DNA from: Leucoraja ocellata
Lineage: Eukaryota
Length of the DNA: 64,000 nucleotides
Direction of reading: 5' to 3'
Assembly (NCBI GenBank): GCA_036785375.1
Contig: JAWMAR010000309.1
Span: 62,001-126,000 of the forward strand
The notes below the pieces were generated by a model. That model was given only the letters and a program-made list of their open reading frames with translations, was not told the origin of the DNA and made no database searches. The stretch's first letter is position 1, and each line of letters starts with the position of its first letter. A program made the translations under genes and the position numbers. This document shows positions 25,915 through 38,298 of this stretch, piece by piece.

Positions 25915-26885
25915 AAATACCACTACTACAGCTGGGACTGACGGACCGAACAGTGAACATGATTTCGGCAGCCCAAAGACAGTCCACCCAAAAACAATAT
26001 CTGGTCTATATCAGGAAATGGGAGATGTATTGCCACAAAAACAACATCACCTACAGAGAGATGAACATCCCGTCTGTTCTGGAATACCTGGCAGGCCTCG
26101 ATTATGATGAGGGGCTCAGTTACAATGCCATCAACTGCGCCAGAAGTGCCTTATCAACGTATCTATGGCAAGGAACAGAGCGTCACTCTGTTGGGACTCA
26201 CCCACTGGTAACAAAACTCATGAGGGGAATTTTTAATACTAATCCCCCAAGAACCAGGTACTCCCAAATATGGGATATAAGTATTGTCCTGAAGATGCTC
26301 AGGAATTGGTCTCCAGCAACAGCTCTGTCCCTACACAGACTGACATTAAAAACAGTCATGCTAATGGCATTGGTCACGGCTCAGAGGGTACAGTCATTAC
26401 ATAAACTAAGACTGACCAACATGACTTCTACACCCGAAAATATTACATTTCATATTTATGAATTAGTAAAACAGAACAGACAAGGATCAGCAGGCCTCAA
26501 AATAGAATTTAAATACTACCCAACAGATGATCGTCTCTGCATAGGCAGACATTTGTCGTTATATATGGAGAAAACAAAAAACATCAGAGGCTATGAGAAG
26601 GCACTTTTAATCAGCCATAAACAACCACACAAAAGAGTGACGGTCCAGACCATCTCGAGATGGCTGAAACAGGTTCTAACACAGGCTGGGGTGGATACTA
26701 ATGTTTTAAAATCTCATTCCACCAGGGCTGCAGCAACATCGGCAGCAATGCTGTTGGATGTACCAATGGACCAAATCCTCAAGGCAGCAGGATGGTCAGG
26801 GGAAAAAAAATTCCAATTGTTTTACCATAAACCAGTCATGAAACCTGGAACGTTTGCAGAAACAATTTTAAGTTCTGTAAATTAA
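25908..26885 (+). CDS. DIRS tyrosine recombinase (open frame; first ATG at 25959)
   Basis: Uninterrupted frame; catalytic motifs LVTAQR, HSTR, AGWS, FQLFY. Confidence 0.9.
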   Translation, partial: SLKIPLLQLGLTDRTVNMISAAQRQSTQKQYLVYIRKWEMYCHKNNITYREMNIPSVLEYLAGLDYDEGLSYNAINCARSALSTYLWQGTERHSVGTHPLVTKLMRGIFNTNPPRTRYSQIWDISIVLKMLRNWSPATALSLHRLTLKTVMLMALVTAQRVQSLHKLRLTNMTSTPENITFHIYELVKQNRQGSAGLKIEFKYYPTDDRLCIGRHLSLYMEKTKNIRGYEKALLISHKQPHKRVTVQTISRWLKQVLTQAGVDTNVLKSHSTRAAATSAAMLLDVPMDQILKAAGWSGEKKFQLFYHKPVMKPGTFAETILSSVN

Positions 26886-27045
26886 TTTAACCCATAAAAA
26901 AAGGGTTTATAGTTTGTGTTAATAAATTTCATGAATTTTAATATCGGATCATGTCTAAATGATGAACACAATTCCTCCTACAGTAAATAAGGCAGATGTG
27001 AGGCATGGACTCGTTTCCAGGGCATGAAATCACAGAGCTTTGAAA

Positions 27046-27157
27046 TCTTCACGTAGTCACTCACGTGACTCTGAAGTAAAATAGTAAGATTAAACGAGAA
27101 CTTACCAGTTCGAAGTTTGATCATTATTTTATGAGGAGTACGTTGAGGGAATACGTG
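27046..27157. repeat. DIRS internal complementary region (ICR)
   Basis: Reverse complement of the joined right end (27294-27371) and left end (22134-22170), junction GTAAAATAGTAA. Confidence 0.95.
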
Positions 27158-27263
27158 CCCTCCGCTCCCACCCATGATCATATACTAAACTGGTATTTCT
27201 TCTCTAAACTTACTATGTTTAGTCATTACAGTTATCTGTGATTTCACACCGCTGCTTTGAAGA

Positions 27264-27371
27264 ATGACACGCATGCGTCCTAGCGGGGTTCTTCACGTAT
27301 TCCCTCAACGTACTTCTCATAAAATAATGATCAAACTTCGAACTGGTAAGTTCTCGTTTAATCTTACTATT
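27264..27371. repeat. DIRS right ITR core plus 3' extension
   Basis: 27264-27299 inverse of left ITR; 27300-27371 complementary to the ICR. Confidence 0.95.
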
Positions 27372-30300
27372 AACCTGCAAACCCACACGTCTTTGTGATG
27401 TGGGGAGAAACCGGAGCACCCGGAGGAAACCCACGCAGTCACAGGGAGAACGTGCAAACTCCACATACACAGCACCTGAGGTCATGATTGAACCCAGGTC
27501 TCTGGCACTGAGGCAATATTTTAATTGTCTAATGCATGAACCAATAAGTCTTATTACTGTTTAGGCAGCACATTTCCTGGTAATTACTTAAAACTCTGCA
27601 TTATGCTCCAATTTATTTCTATATACCCGTACTTGTGTTTATTGAATACATCCTGGTTGGCAACATACATTTTAACTTAAAATAGGTACTGTTTGATTGT
27701 CATTTCAAACCCCTTTTTTCTCTGGAAGATATTGATTACTCGCATACTTTAATAGACACTGGGTAGCTTGTGCAGGGACACCATTAAAGGGTGGCACAGT
27801 GGCGCAGCTGATAGAGCTGCTGCCTCACAGAACCAGAGACCCGGGTTTGATCCAGACCGTGGGTGCTGTCTGTGTGTGGAATTTGCATGTTCTCCCTGTG
27901 ACCGCGTGGCTTTCCTCCAGGTGCTCCGATTTCCTCCCACATCCCAAAGACATACGGATCTGTAGGTTAATTGGCCTCTGTAAATTGCCCCCTACTATAT
28001 AGAGAGTGGATTTGAAAGTGGGATAACTTGGATCTGGTGTAAACGGGTGATCGATGGTCGGCGTGGGCACGGTGGGCTGACAGGCTTGTTTCCATTCTGC
28101 ATCCCTAAACTCTAAACATTACGTAAACTCTTGCTAAAAATAAACACACAATGCTGGAGTAACTCAGTGGGTCAGTCAGCATCACTGGAGAAAATGGATT
28201 GGTGACGTTTCACCTTCCAACATGAGGCAACATGTTAGTCCCAAAACATGGCTCCATCACACTGCTGGCACTGTCCGTCTCATAGTATTGTGCTGCATCA
28301 GCACTTTCCCTGTTGTGCCCCTCACCTTGATGAGGCTTCTTAATCAACTCTAGGGCACATAATGAACTTAGTCGCTATCAGTCGTAGTCTCTCTCCATTT
28401 TCTAAGTCCATTGTTTAAACTTTATCTCTATCTTCCTCTGTCTTTCCATCTCTGTCGTCTCTCTTCATCTTAAACATCCCTTGATGTGAGAGTTAGCTTT
28501 ATTCCGATACCTTGTGAGAAGAATTGAATGGTGCTTGTAGCCAGTAATGTTCCTGCTGTAGACTTCCAGCAGTAATTACTGTCCCTGTGTGTCAGTAGTA
28601 ATGAATGTTCAGCTTCGAGCCATCTGTCAGAACAAGTGGGAATACAAGATTTCACCCTTGCCTCCTTCTCTCGAATTATTCATTGGAATATCCGAGAGCT
28701 GCCTCAGATAATCTCAAATCCTCTTTAACATGGGGTATGCTTTTGTTTAAACATTAATTTAATGCTGAAAAGTGATTATTTTCAGTTGTGGTGAGCATTT
28801 TCGTCAGAAGCCTTTCACAACATCAGATATAACATAGAAATATGAATAAAGAAGAAGGTACTAAAACATTTTCTTATGGGAGCACTTCGTATCTAATATA
28901 AATACATCAAAATCTGATGAATGTGCATTATAAAATGGGCGCCAAATTGTAATTGGCATCCAGCATACATGTGCTTTGCATAAGATTCCAGCATCTGCAG
29001 CTCCTTGTGTCTGATACTATTTCAATATTAATTTTGTTAAATGAAAAATAGTTTTTTTTTTAAATACTATTTTTAAAGGATGGATTTTAAGCCATGTTGA
29101 TGACTGCTTTTAAAAGACACAAACATAATGAGACACCAGTAGCTTAAAAATAATTAGTAGTGTGGTTATGTGCCAGCAAGTTCAGTACGTTCATTCAGGT
29201 GAGAATTATGATCGGCAGAAATGGAAAATTGAACTCAAAACTGAATTGTTCCTGAACCATAGAGCAAAACAGGAAACCCCACGACTGCCTAGACATAAGG
29301 ATAACGATAAAAGGACCAATGAAAATTCATCTGACAAGATCATATACAGCACGGAAACAGGCCCTTCGGCCCAACTTGTCTATGCCGACCAAGATGCCCC
29401 ATCTAAGTTAGTTCCATTTGCCTGCATATCCTTCTAAACCTTTCTTACCCATATACCTGACCAAATGTCTTTTAAGTGCCCTTAACTATCTTTGCCCTTA
29501 ACCTTTCCTACCCGTATACCTGCCTCAACTATCTCCTTTGGCAGCTTTTTCCATGTACCCACCACCTGTGTGAAAAAAGTTCCTCCTCTCACCTTAAACC
29601 TGTGTCCTGTGGTTCTTGATTAGCCTACTCTGGGTAACAGACTTTGCATTCAGCCTATGTATTCCCCTCATGATTTTATACACCTCCACAAGATCTCCTC
29701 TCAGCCTCCTGCGCTCCAAGAAATAAAATTCTATCCTGCCCGACCCCTCCCTATAGCTCACGCCCTCGACTCCTGGCAATATCCTTGTTAATTTTCACTA
29801 CGCTCTTTCCAATTTAACGGCATGCTTCCGATGGCCGGCTGATCCGAAATGAACACAATTCTCCAATTGTGGAGTGCTCCTTGATCGTTCCAACTAATGC
29901 TTTATGCTTCCCTTTCCAACAGACGAAATCCACCCTTGATATATTCATTCAACATCTTTGATTTCTCTCTTGCCATTTCTTCTAATATCTAGTCCCTGAT
30001 TTACTAGGAGTTTCTTATATTTTCTGTTTGAAATTGATGAGACTTAAAAAAAAAATGAATCTGAATTAATTAAAATTATATTTTCACATCTAACAAATTA
30101 TTTAGAAATGTATTAATATTACATGTTTAATTTACATGTACTTCATCATCCTGCCCAAGATCACATTGCCTGTTATTTAACTGAGGAAATTGATAGCTGG
30201 TACACTTCGCTTTAGTTTAGAGACACAGCAAGGCAACGGGTCCTTCAGCCCACCGAGTCTATGCTGACCATAGATCACCCGTTCAAACTAGTTCCATATT

Positions 30301-31455
30301 CTCCCATTTTCTCATTCACTTCTCTACACACTAGGAGCATTTCCACAACAGGCAATTAGCCTTTTGTAGGTTAATTCGCTTCTGCAAATTGCCCTTAATG
30401 TGTATGAAATGGGTGCAAAAGTGGGATAGCATAGAACTTGTGTGAATAGGTTGATTGATGATTGGCATGGATTTGGTGATGAAAAACTACAACCGCTAAA
30501 CCTGCACGTCTTTGGGATGTGGGAGGAAAGCAGAGCACCAGTCACAGGGAGAACGTGCAAACTCTACACATGGACAGCACCCGAGGTTAGGATCAAACCC
30601 GGGTCTCTGGTGCTGTGAGGCAGCAACTCTACCAGCTGTGTCATTGTGTCACCACACAGTGGAACGGTACCGAGAATACAAATTTGTATATGACCCTCCA
30701 GCATTTTGTGTCTATCTTTGGTATAAATCAGCATCTGCAGTCCCTGGTTATTACATTTTGATACATTTTTTGTGCTGTTTCTCTCCGGTTCTGTAGCATT
30801 ATCTTATTTTGACCTTAACCTTACAAATTGCTGCTGTTTCTGGTATATATTGTTTGTTGGCTGCTTTTTGAATTGACCCCTGAAGATTCCACAGAAGCAC
30901 GGTTAGGCTGAATGCTAATAAAGTTTGAGCTTTGGTGGGAAGTTAACTTCACATCATCATCCAAAAAGGATATTAAGAAACATTGCTTTTCACTATTTTT
31001 TCAATTGGTAGAGTTAAATATTGTTGTTTTCTGTATTTTATAGTGTAGAGATTATTTATGACAATGTTGCCAGGACTTGAGGGTCTGAGCTGTAGGGTGA
31101 GGTTGGGCAGACCAGGATTCGATTCCTTGGAGCACAGGAGGATGAGGAGTGATTTGCAGAAGTGTATAAAATCATGAGAGGAATAGATAGGGTGAATTCT
31201 TAGTCTTATACACAGGGTCGGGGAATAAAGAATCAGAAGTAGGTTTAAGGTGAGAGGGGAAAGATTTAATAGGAACCCGAGAGGCAACCTTTTCACACAG
31301 AGGGTGGTGGGTATATGGAAAGAGCTGCCAGAACGTTCCTTCAGCACTGCGTTTTGTTCAAGATTCCAGCACCTGCAGTTCCTTGCGTGTCTCTACATAT
31401 CCACACGTAGGAATCACTGGGTTCCTGCCGACTCCGGTAAATAGCAGCAGACATA

Positions 31456-34400
31456 AAAACATAGAAACATAGAAAATAGGTGCAGGAGGAGGCCATTCGG
31501 CCCTTCAAGCCAGCACCGCCATTCATTGTGATCATGGCTGATCGTCCCTTATCAATAACCCGTGCCTGCTTTCTCTTGTCCCTTGACTCCACTAGCCCCT
31601 AGAGCTCTATCTAACTCTCTCTTAAATCCATCCAGTGACTTAGCCTCCACTGCCCTCTGTGGCAGGGAATTACATAAATTCACAACTCTGGGTGAAAAAG
31701 TTTTTTCATACCTCAGCCTTAAATGACCTCCCCTTTATTCTAAGACTATGGCCCCTGGTTCTGGACTCGCCCAACATTGGGAACATTTTTCCTGCATCTA
31801 ACTTGTCCAGTCCTTTTATAATTGTATATGTTTCTATAAGATATCCCCTCATCCTTCTAAACTCCAGTGAATACAAGCCTAGTTTCTTCAATCTGTCTTC
31901 ATATGACAGTCCCGCCATCCCAGGGATCAGTCTCGTGAACCTCTTCACTCCTATACTGAAATCCTCTTGTTATGAAGACCAACATTCCATTAGCTTTCTT
32001 CACTGCCTGCTGTACCTGTAAGCCAACTTTCAGTGAGCCCCAGGTCACACTGCACCTCCCCCTTACGAAACCTAAACCCATTGAGATAATAATCTGCCCC
32101 CTTGTTTATGCAGCCAAAGTGAATAACCTCACATTTATCTATATTATACTGCATCTGCCATGCATCTGCCCACTCACTCAACCTGTCCAGGTCACCCTGC
32201 AATCTCCTAACATCCTCTTCACAGTTCACACTGCCACCCAGCTTTGTGTCATCCGTAAACCTGCTAGTGTTGCTCCTAATTCCCTATTCCAAATCTTTAA
32301 TATATATGATAAACAGTTGCGGCCCCAACACCGAGCCTTGCGGCACTCCACTCGCCACTGCCTGCCATTCTGAAAAGGACCCGTTCACTACTACTCTTTG
32401 CCTCCGGTCTGCCAACCAATTTTCTATCCATGACAACACCCTACCCCCAATACTATGTGCTTTAATTTTAGTCACCAGTCTCCCGTGCAGGACCTTATCA
32501 AAGGCTTTCTGAAAGTCTAGATACACTACATCCACTGGCACCCCTTCATCCATTTTACTTGTCACGTCCTCAAAAAATTCCAGAAGATTAGTCAAGCATG
32601 ATTTCCCTTTTATAAATCCATGTTGACTTGGACTAATCCTTTTACTACTATCCAAATGCCCCATTATTACCTCTTTAATAATTGACTCCAGCATCTTTCC
32701 CACCACCGAAGTCAGGCTAACTGGTCTGTAATTCCCCGTTTTCTCACTCGCTCCTTTCTTGAAAGTGGGATAACATTAGCTATCCTCCAATCCACAGGAA
32801 CTGATCCTGAATCTATTGAACATTGGAAAATGATCACCAATGCATCCACTATATCTAGAGCCACCTCCCTGAAGACCCTGGGATGCAGTCCATCAGGCCC
32901 AGGGGATTTATCATCCTTCAGTCCCATTAGCCTACCCAATACTATTTCTTGCCTAATCAAAAATTATTTCAGTTCCTCTACCCCCTTAGATCCTCTATCC
33001 TCCAGTAAATCAGGGAGATTGTTTGTGTCTTCCTTAGTGAAGACAGATTCGAAGTACCTATTTAACTCTTCAGCCATTTCCTTGTTACCCATAATAATTT
33101 CTCCTGACTTTGCTACTCTTTTACCCTTAACATATCTAAATAAACTTTTACTGTCCTTTATATTCCTGGCCAGCTTCCCTTCGTACTACATCTTTTCAGC
33201 CTGTACTGCCCGTTTTGTTTCCTTCTGTTGTCCTAAGAAAGTTTCCCAATCCTCTGGCTTCCGGCTACTCTTTGCTGAGTTATACATCTTTTCTTTTAGT
33301 TTTATTCTATCCCTAACTTCTCTTGTCAGCCACGGTTGCCTCCTACTCCGCTTAGAATCTTTCTTCCTTTTTGGAACGAAATGATCCTGCGTCTTCTGGA
33401 TTATGCCCAGAAATTCCTGCCATTGTTGTTCCACCATCATTCCTGCTAGGATCCCTTTCCAGTCTACCTTGGCCAGCTCCCCTCTCATGCCTTCATAGTC
33501 CCCTTTGTTCAACTGCATCACTGACACTTCCGATTTAACGTTCTCCTTCTCAAATTGCAGATTAAAACAAATCATATTATGATCACTACCTCCAAGCAGT
33601 TCCTTTACCTCGAGTTCTCTTATCATATCTGGTTCATTGGACAACACTAAATCCAGAATTGCCTTTTCTCTGGTCGGCTCCATTACAAGCTGCTCTAAGA
33701 ATCCATCTCGGAGGCATTCTACAAACTCTCTTTCTTGGGGTCCTGAACCAACCTGATTTTCCCAGTCTACCTGCATATTGAAATCCCCATCACCACAGTG
33801 GCATTACTTTTGTTCCATGCCAGTTTTAACTCCTGCTGCAACTTACACCCTACATCCGGGCTACTATTTGGGGGTCTATAGATAACACCAATTAGTGTCT
33901 TCTTGCCTTTACAATTCCTCAACTCAATCCACAGACTCTATGGGGCTCGTCAGACCCTATGTCTTCCCTCGCAAGGGACTGAATTCCATTCCTCACCAGC
34001 AGAGCTTCCTTTCCTGTTATTTCTGGGGTCATTAAGCATGCATTTGCTCTCTTTCCCTTTAACTCCATCCTCGACTATCCCATTTAACACCCCATCCCCC
34101 TTATTCAGTTTAAAACCACCCGTGTATCAATGGCAAACCTGCCTGCCAGAATGCTGGTCCCCCACCTGTTAAGATGCAATCCGTCCCTTTTGTACCATTC
34201 CCCCTTACTCCAAAACAGACACTTTTGCCAGCACGAGGAACTGGAAGCAAACCAGAGATAACAATCCTGGAGGTCCTGCTTTACAGCATTTTCCGAGCTC
34301 TCTAAAGTCATGCTGCAGAATATTCATCCCCCCTTTTTCCGACATCGTTTGTGCCGACATGCACAACACTTCTGCCGGCTGTTCACCTTCGCCCTTGAGG

Positions 34401-35080
34401 ATTTTCTGCACTCTGTCCGTGACATCCTGGATCCTGGCACCAGGAAGGCAGCACACCATCTTCAACCTCGAATCCCATCTGTTCCTGCAGAAACCCCTGT
34501 CCGTACCTCACAATGGAGTCTCCAACTACAATGGCGTTGACTGACGTTGGCCTCTTTGGTTTTGGCTCAACAGCCCTTTTTGCTTCGCAAGCCAGTCCGC
34601 CGCTCAGTGTGATAACGTCTTCTGCCCCGACAGCTTCTAAGTGGATGAACCTGTTCACAAGAGGTACAACACCCGGGGATGTTTGCATTCCATGTTTCCC
34701 TCCCTTTCTCACCGTCACCCACCTTCTCTCTTCCAGTACGTTAGGTGTAACAATCTTACTGTAGGACTTGTCGAGGAACGACTCCGTTTCTCGGACGAAC
34801 CTGAGATCATCCACTTCTCCAGTTCCCCAACACGGTCCTTCAGGAGCTACACATGGATGCACTTCTCACATTTGTAGCAGCCAGAGGCACTAGCAGTGTC
34901 CTTGACCTCCCGCATACTGCAAGCATCACACGGAATTAGCTTGCTTGACATCTCCTTCTTTCGTCTCTCCCTCTCCAGCCTTTTGCGTAGCCTCCTCTCC
35001 TCAGCCGAAGACTCTGGAGCCAAAGACTCGCGCTTTTCTCACAGGGCACTTCCCTCACAAGGCCGCTCCCTCACTCACTC
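31456..35080 (-). mobile_element. Near full-length CR1 LINE with internal deletions
   Basis: ORF1 from ATG 34951 (C-x2-C...C-x2-C plus SGNH esterase-like VVGDSIVR), ORF2 endonuclease (GGSDHN) and RT ([24 protein letters not shown]), (TTTCTATG)n tail. Confidence 0.92.
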
Positions 35081-36409
35081 ACTCAGACCCTCAAGTCCTG
35101 GCAACATCGTCATAAATCATCTCCGCATTCTTTCCACCGTAGTCAAGTCATGTATTTCTTTATCAACATGTATTGATAACGGTACAATCAAATGTATATG
35201 TGATGCAGCTTTACAGGCCCACAAACACAAGAACACACACATAATGTCCAATAATAGTAATACAATAAATGAATGATCAGTAAAACTGGGACATACAGTC
35301 AGTGAGTCATAGTCATGCAGTCAATGTGCAAACAACCTTGGGTGCTGTCTGTACGGAGTTTGCACATTGTCACATTTGCACTTTGTATCATATTTGTAAA
35401 CCAACAACTGCAGTTTCATGTTTCTACATTTTGTCCCCCCCCCCCCCCCCCCCAACCTCTCCCACACAATCAGTCTGAAAAAGGGTTTTGACCTAAAACA
35501 TCACCTATCCATGTTCTCTAGACATGCTGCCGGACCCACTGTGTTACACCAGCACTTTGTGTCATTTTCTTGTAAGCCAGCATCTGCAGTTCCTTGTTTC
35601 TGCAGATAATCCGGTTGTTTTGATGCATCGCTGAATGCTGTATCTGACTTCATCATTTTGTGTATAAACAAGATGTTAAGTGTCAAATCTCGAGAACAGC
35701 TCACTCTAAATCAAAGGACCTGATTGTAATGAGTCCAATCTACACTGATAAATGCTAATTCAACACGAGGCAGCTCCTCTAAGTTTGTAGAGGCAGAGTC
35801 ATATCACTCTAAACTTGTCTTATCCTGTCTAAACGTTTCTTAAACTTTGCAATAGTACCAGCCTCAACTACCTCTGGCAGCTCGTTCTATGCGCCCACCA
35901 CCCTTTGTGTAAAAAAAGTTACCCTCGGGTTCCTATTAAATCTTCCCCCCCCCCCCCCTTTACCTTAAACCTATGTCCTTTGATTCTCGATTCCCCTACT
36001 CTGGGCAAGAGACTCTGTGCGTTTACCTAGTCTATTCTCTCATGATTTTATACCCCCCGATACGATCAACCCTCATCCTCCTGTGCTCCAAGGAATAGAA
36101 TTCTAGCCTGCTCTACCTCCCTCTCAGGCCCTCGAGTTCTGACAACATCTTTCCAATTAGAATGGTGACTGTACAAGATGAATTTATAATGTTGTTAAAG
36201 CCTTAGCGATGTGTTAGAGGCCACGATCTACTGTCAAGATGAAAGGGAGACTCAGAGCATTCGCTGCTTCTGTCGCAGAAATGGTACAAACCCTTCAGGC
36301 AAGATTTATGTGTGAGCATTCAGAGGTTGATAACTGAGCGGCGCTGCTCTATGTTTAGTTTCATGGGGAGTGCATCTTGCTGACTGGCTAATTGTGGATA
36401 TGCACTGAG

Positions 36410-37150
36410 TGGTGCCGTCAGCGATGGCAGCCTCGCCAACGGTCTGTCTGTCTTTTCGTCTTCTTTGTTATTTTTTAGTGTGTTTTAAAAGTATGTGTTA
36501 ACATTCTCTGGTTTGTTTTATGTGAGGGGGGGTCGGGGGAAACATTTTTCAATCTCCTACCTTGCTGGAGATGCGATTGTTTTCTGGACCGTATCTCTGG
36601 TCGCTCTGCGGCCTAACGTCATGGATCTGGCAGCCTTGCTGGAGACTTACTTTGAGCCCCACCGCGGGGCCGTGGATTTATCATCGGAGCCTGCGATCCC
36701 TTGCCTGGGATCGACGCTCCAACCGCGGCCTGCGGATTTCAACATTGAGGAGCTTGCAGTCTCGGGTAGAGACCGATGTCGGGAAGCTCCAAAGTCGTAG
36801 GAGGTTTGTCCAACCCCGACCCGGGGTCCGATCGCCCAGCGCGGGGAGTTGAGATCCCCCGATGGGAGAGCTCGATCGCCCCGACGTGGATCGCTCGACT
36901 GCCGGCCACGGGAGCCAAGATCGCCCCGACAACGGGAAGTTCAAGTGTCCCGACCGCGGGAGAACAAAGAATTGAACTTTTTTTTCCTTCCATCACAGTG
37001 AAGAATATGGGGGAGTCACTGTGGTGGATGTTCATGTTAAAACTTTGTTTGGGAGTTTTGTTGATCTTTATTGATGTGACTGTATGACAAATCAAATTTC
37101 TCATATGTTGCAAAACATACATGGCTAATAGAGTGCTATTATGATTATGA
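36410..37150 (+). mobile_element. Non-autonomous non-LTR retroposon with CpG-rich internal repeats and short-repeat tail
   Basis: Three related copies: 36410-37150(+), 37527-37930(-), 43527-43892(+), sharing CCTTCCATCACAGTGAGGAATGTG...TGTTGCAAAACATAC and (ATTMTG)n tails; family not identified. Confidence 0.65.
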
Positions 37151-38298
37151 TGAAAGCTGTGCAGGTCAAGAGTATTTAATTGTTGTATTCACTGAAAAGA
37201 GAGCAATGAAACTGGTACTTACTGGAGGTTTACAGGCCTGTATATGCAAAAGCACACAGATAAATAGAAAACAATCAATAATGTAACAGATTACTAACAT
37301 GGATAGGTGATGTTTAGGGTCCGACGAAGGGTGCCACAGTGGCGCAGCAGTAGAATTGCTGCCTTACAACACCAGAGGCCTGGGTTCGATCCTGACTACG
37401 TGTGCTATTTGTACAGAGTTTGTACGTTCTCCCTGTGTCCGCGTGGGTAATCTCCGGGTGCACCAGTTTCTTCCCACATTCGAAAGATGTACAGATTTCT
37501 AGGTGAATTGTAAATTGTCCCTAAATCGTAATCATAATCATACTTTATTAGCTATGTATGTTTTGCAACATACGAGGAAATTGATTTGCCATACAGTCAT
37601 ACCAATAAAAAGCAACAGAACACACAAAATACGTTTTAACATAAACATCCACCACAGTGACTCCTCCACATTGCTCACTGTGATGGAAGGCGAAAAAAAA
37701 GTTAAATCTGTTAACTTCTTTGTTATCCTGTGGTCGGGGGCCTCGAGCCTTCTGTTGTCAGGGCGATCTTGGTTCCCGTAGCCGGTGGTCGAGCCTTCTG
37801 CATCGGGGCGATCAAGCTCCCGCATCAGGAGGATCTCAGCTCCCCCACGCTGGACGATCGGACCGCGGGTCGGGGCAAGTCGAACCGCTTGCAACTTTGG
37901 AGCTTCCCGACATCAGTCTCTAACCAAGACTGTTAAATTGTTAATTATTAAAGCAGAGATTGCCAGATTCTTGATTAGTAAGAGTATCAAAGGTTACAGG
38001 GTGAAGGCAGGAGGATGAGGTTGAGAGATAGATCACCCATCATTGAAGGGCAGAGTAGACTCGATGGGCCGAATGGCCTAATCCTGCTCCTGTGACTTAT
38101 GAACTTACTCCAGCACTTTTTGTATTAACCAGTATCTACAACATTTATTTCTGAATTATTATCAGTATCACCAGGCAACAAAAGCTTTTTACTGTACCTC
38201 GGTATACGAGACAATACTAAACTTATAATTCAAAAACCGAAGTCCAGGGCAATTTTTTTTACATAGAGGGTGGTGAGTGCCTGGTACGCACTGCCAAG

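Larger units (their letters stand above)
22134..27371 (+). mobile_element. DIRS1-type tyrosine-recombinase retrotransposon, structurally complete, inserted in a minus-strand V-SINE
   Basis: gag, RT/RNaseH/MT and YR ORFs in order; inverted terminal repeats; internal complementary region; host SINE ...GAGGCCA ATT AACCTGC... split at ATT. Confidence 0.95.

Noticed and set aside
25558-26885. Phage-like integrase plus adenine methylase suggesting prophage or contamination
   Set aside because: Both are normal DIRS domains, embedded with RT, ITRs and ICR in a vertebrate intron
27789-27860. tRNA genes
   Set aside because: tRNA-like heads run straight into SINE bodies (also 63090-63160); no complete cloverleaf
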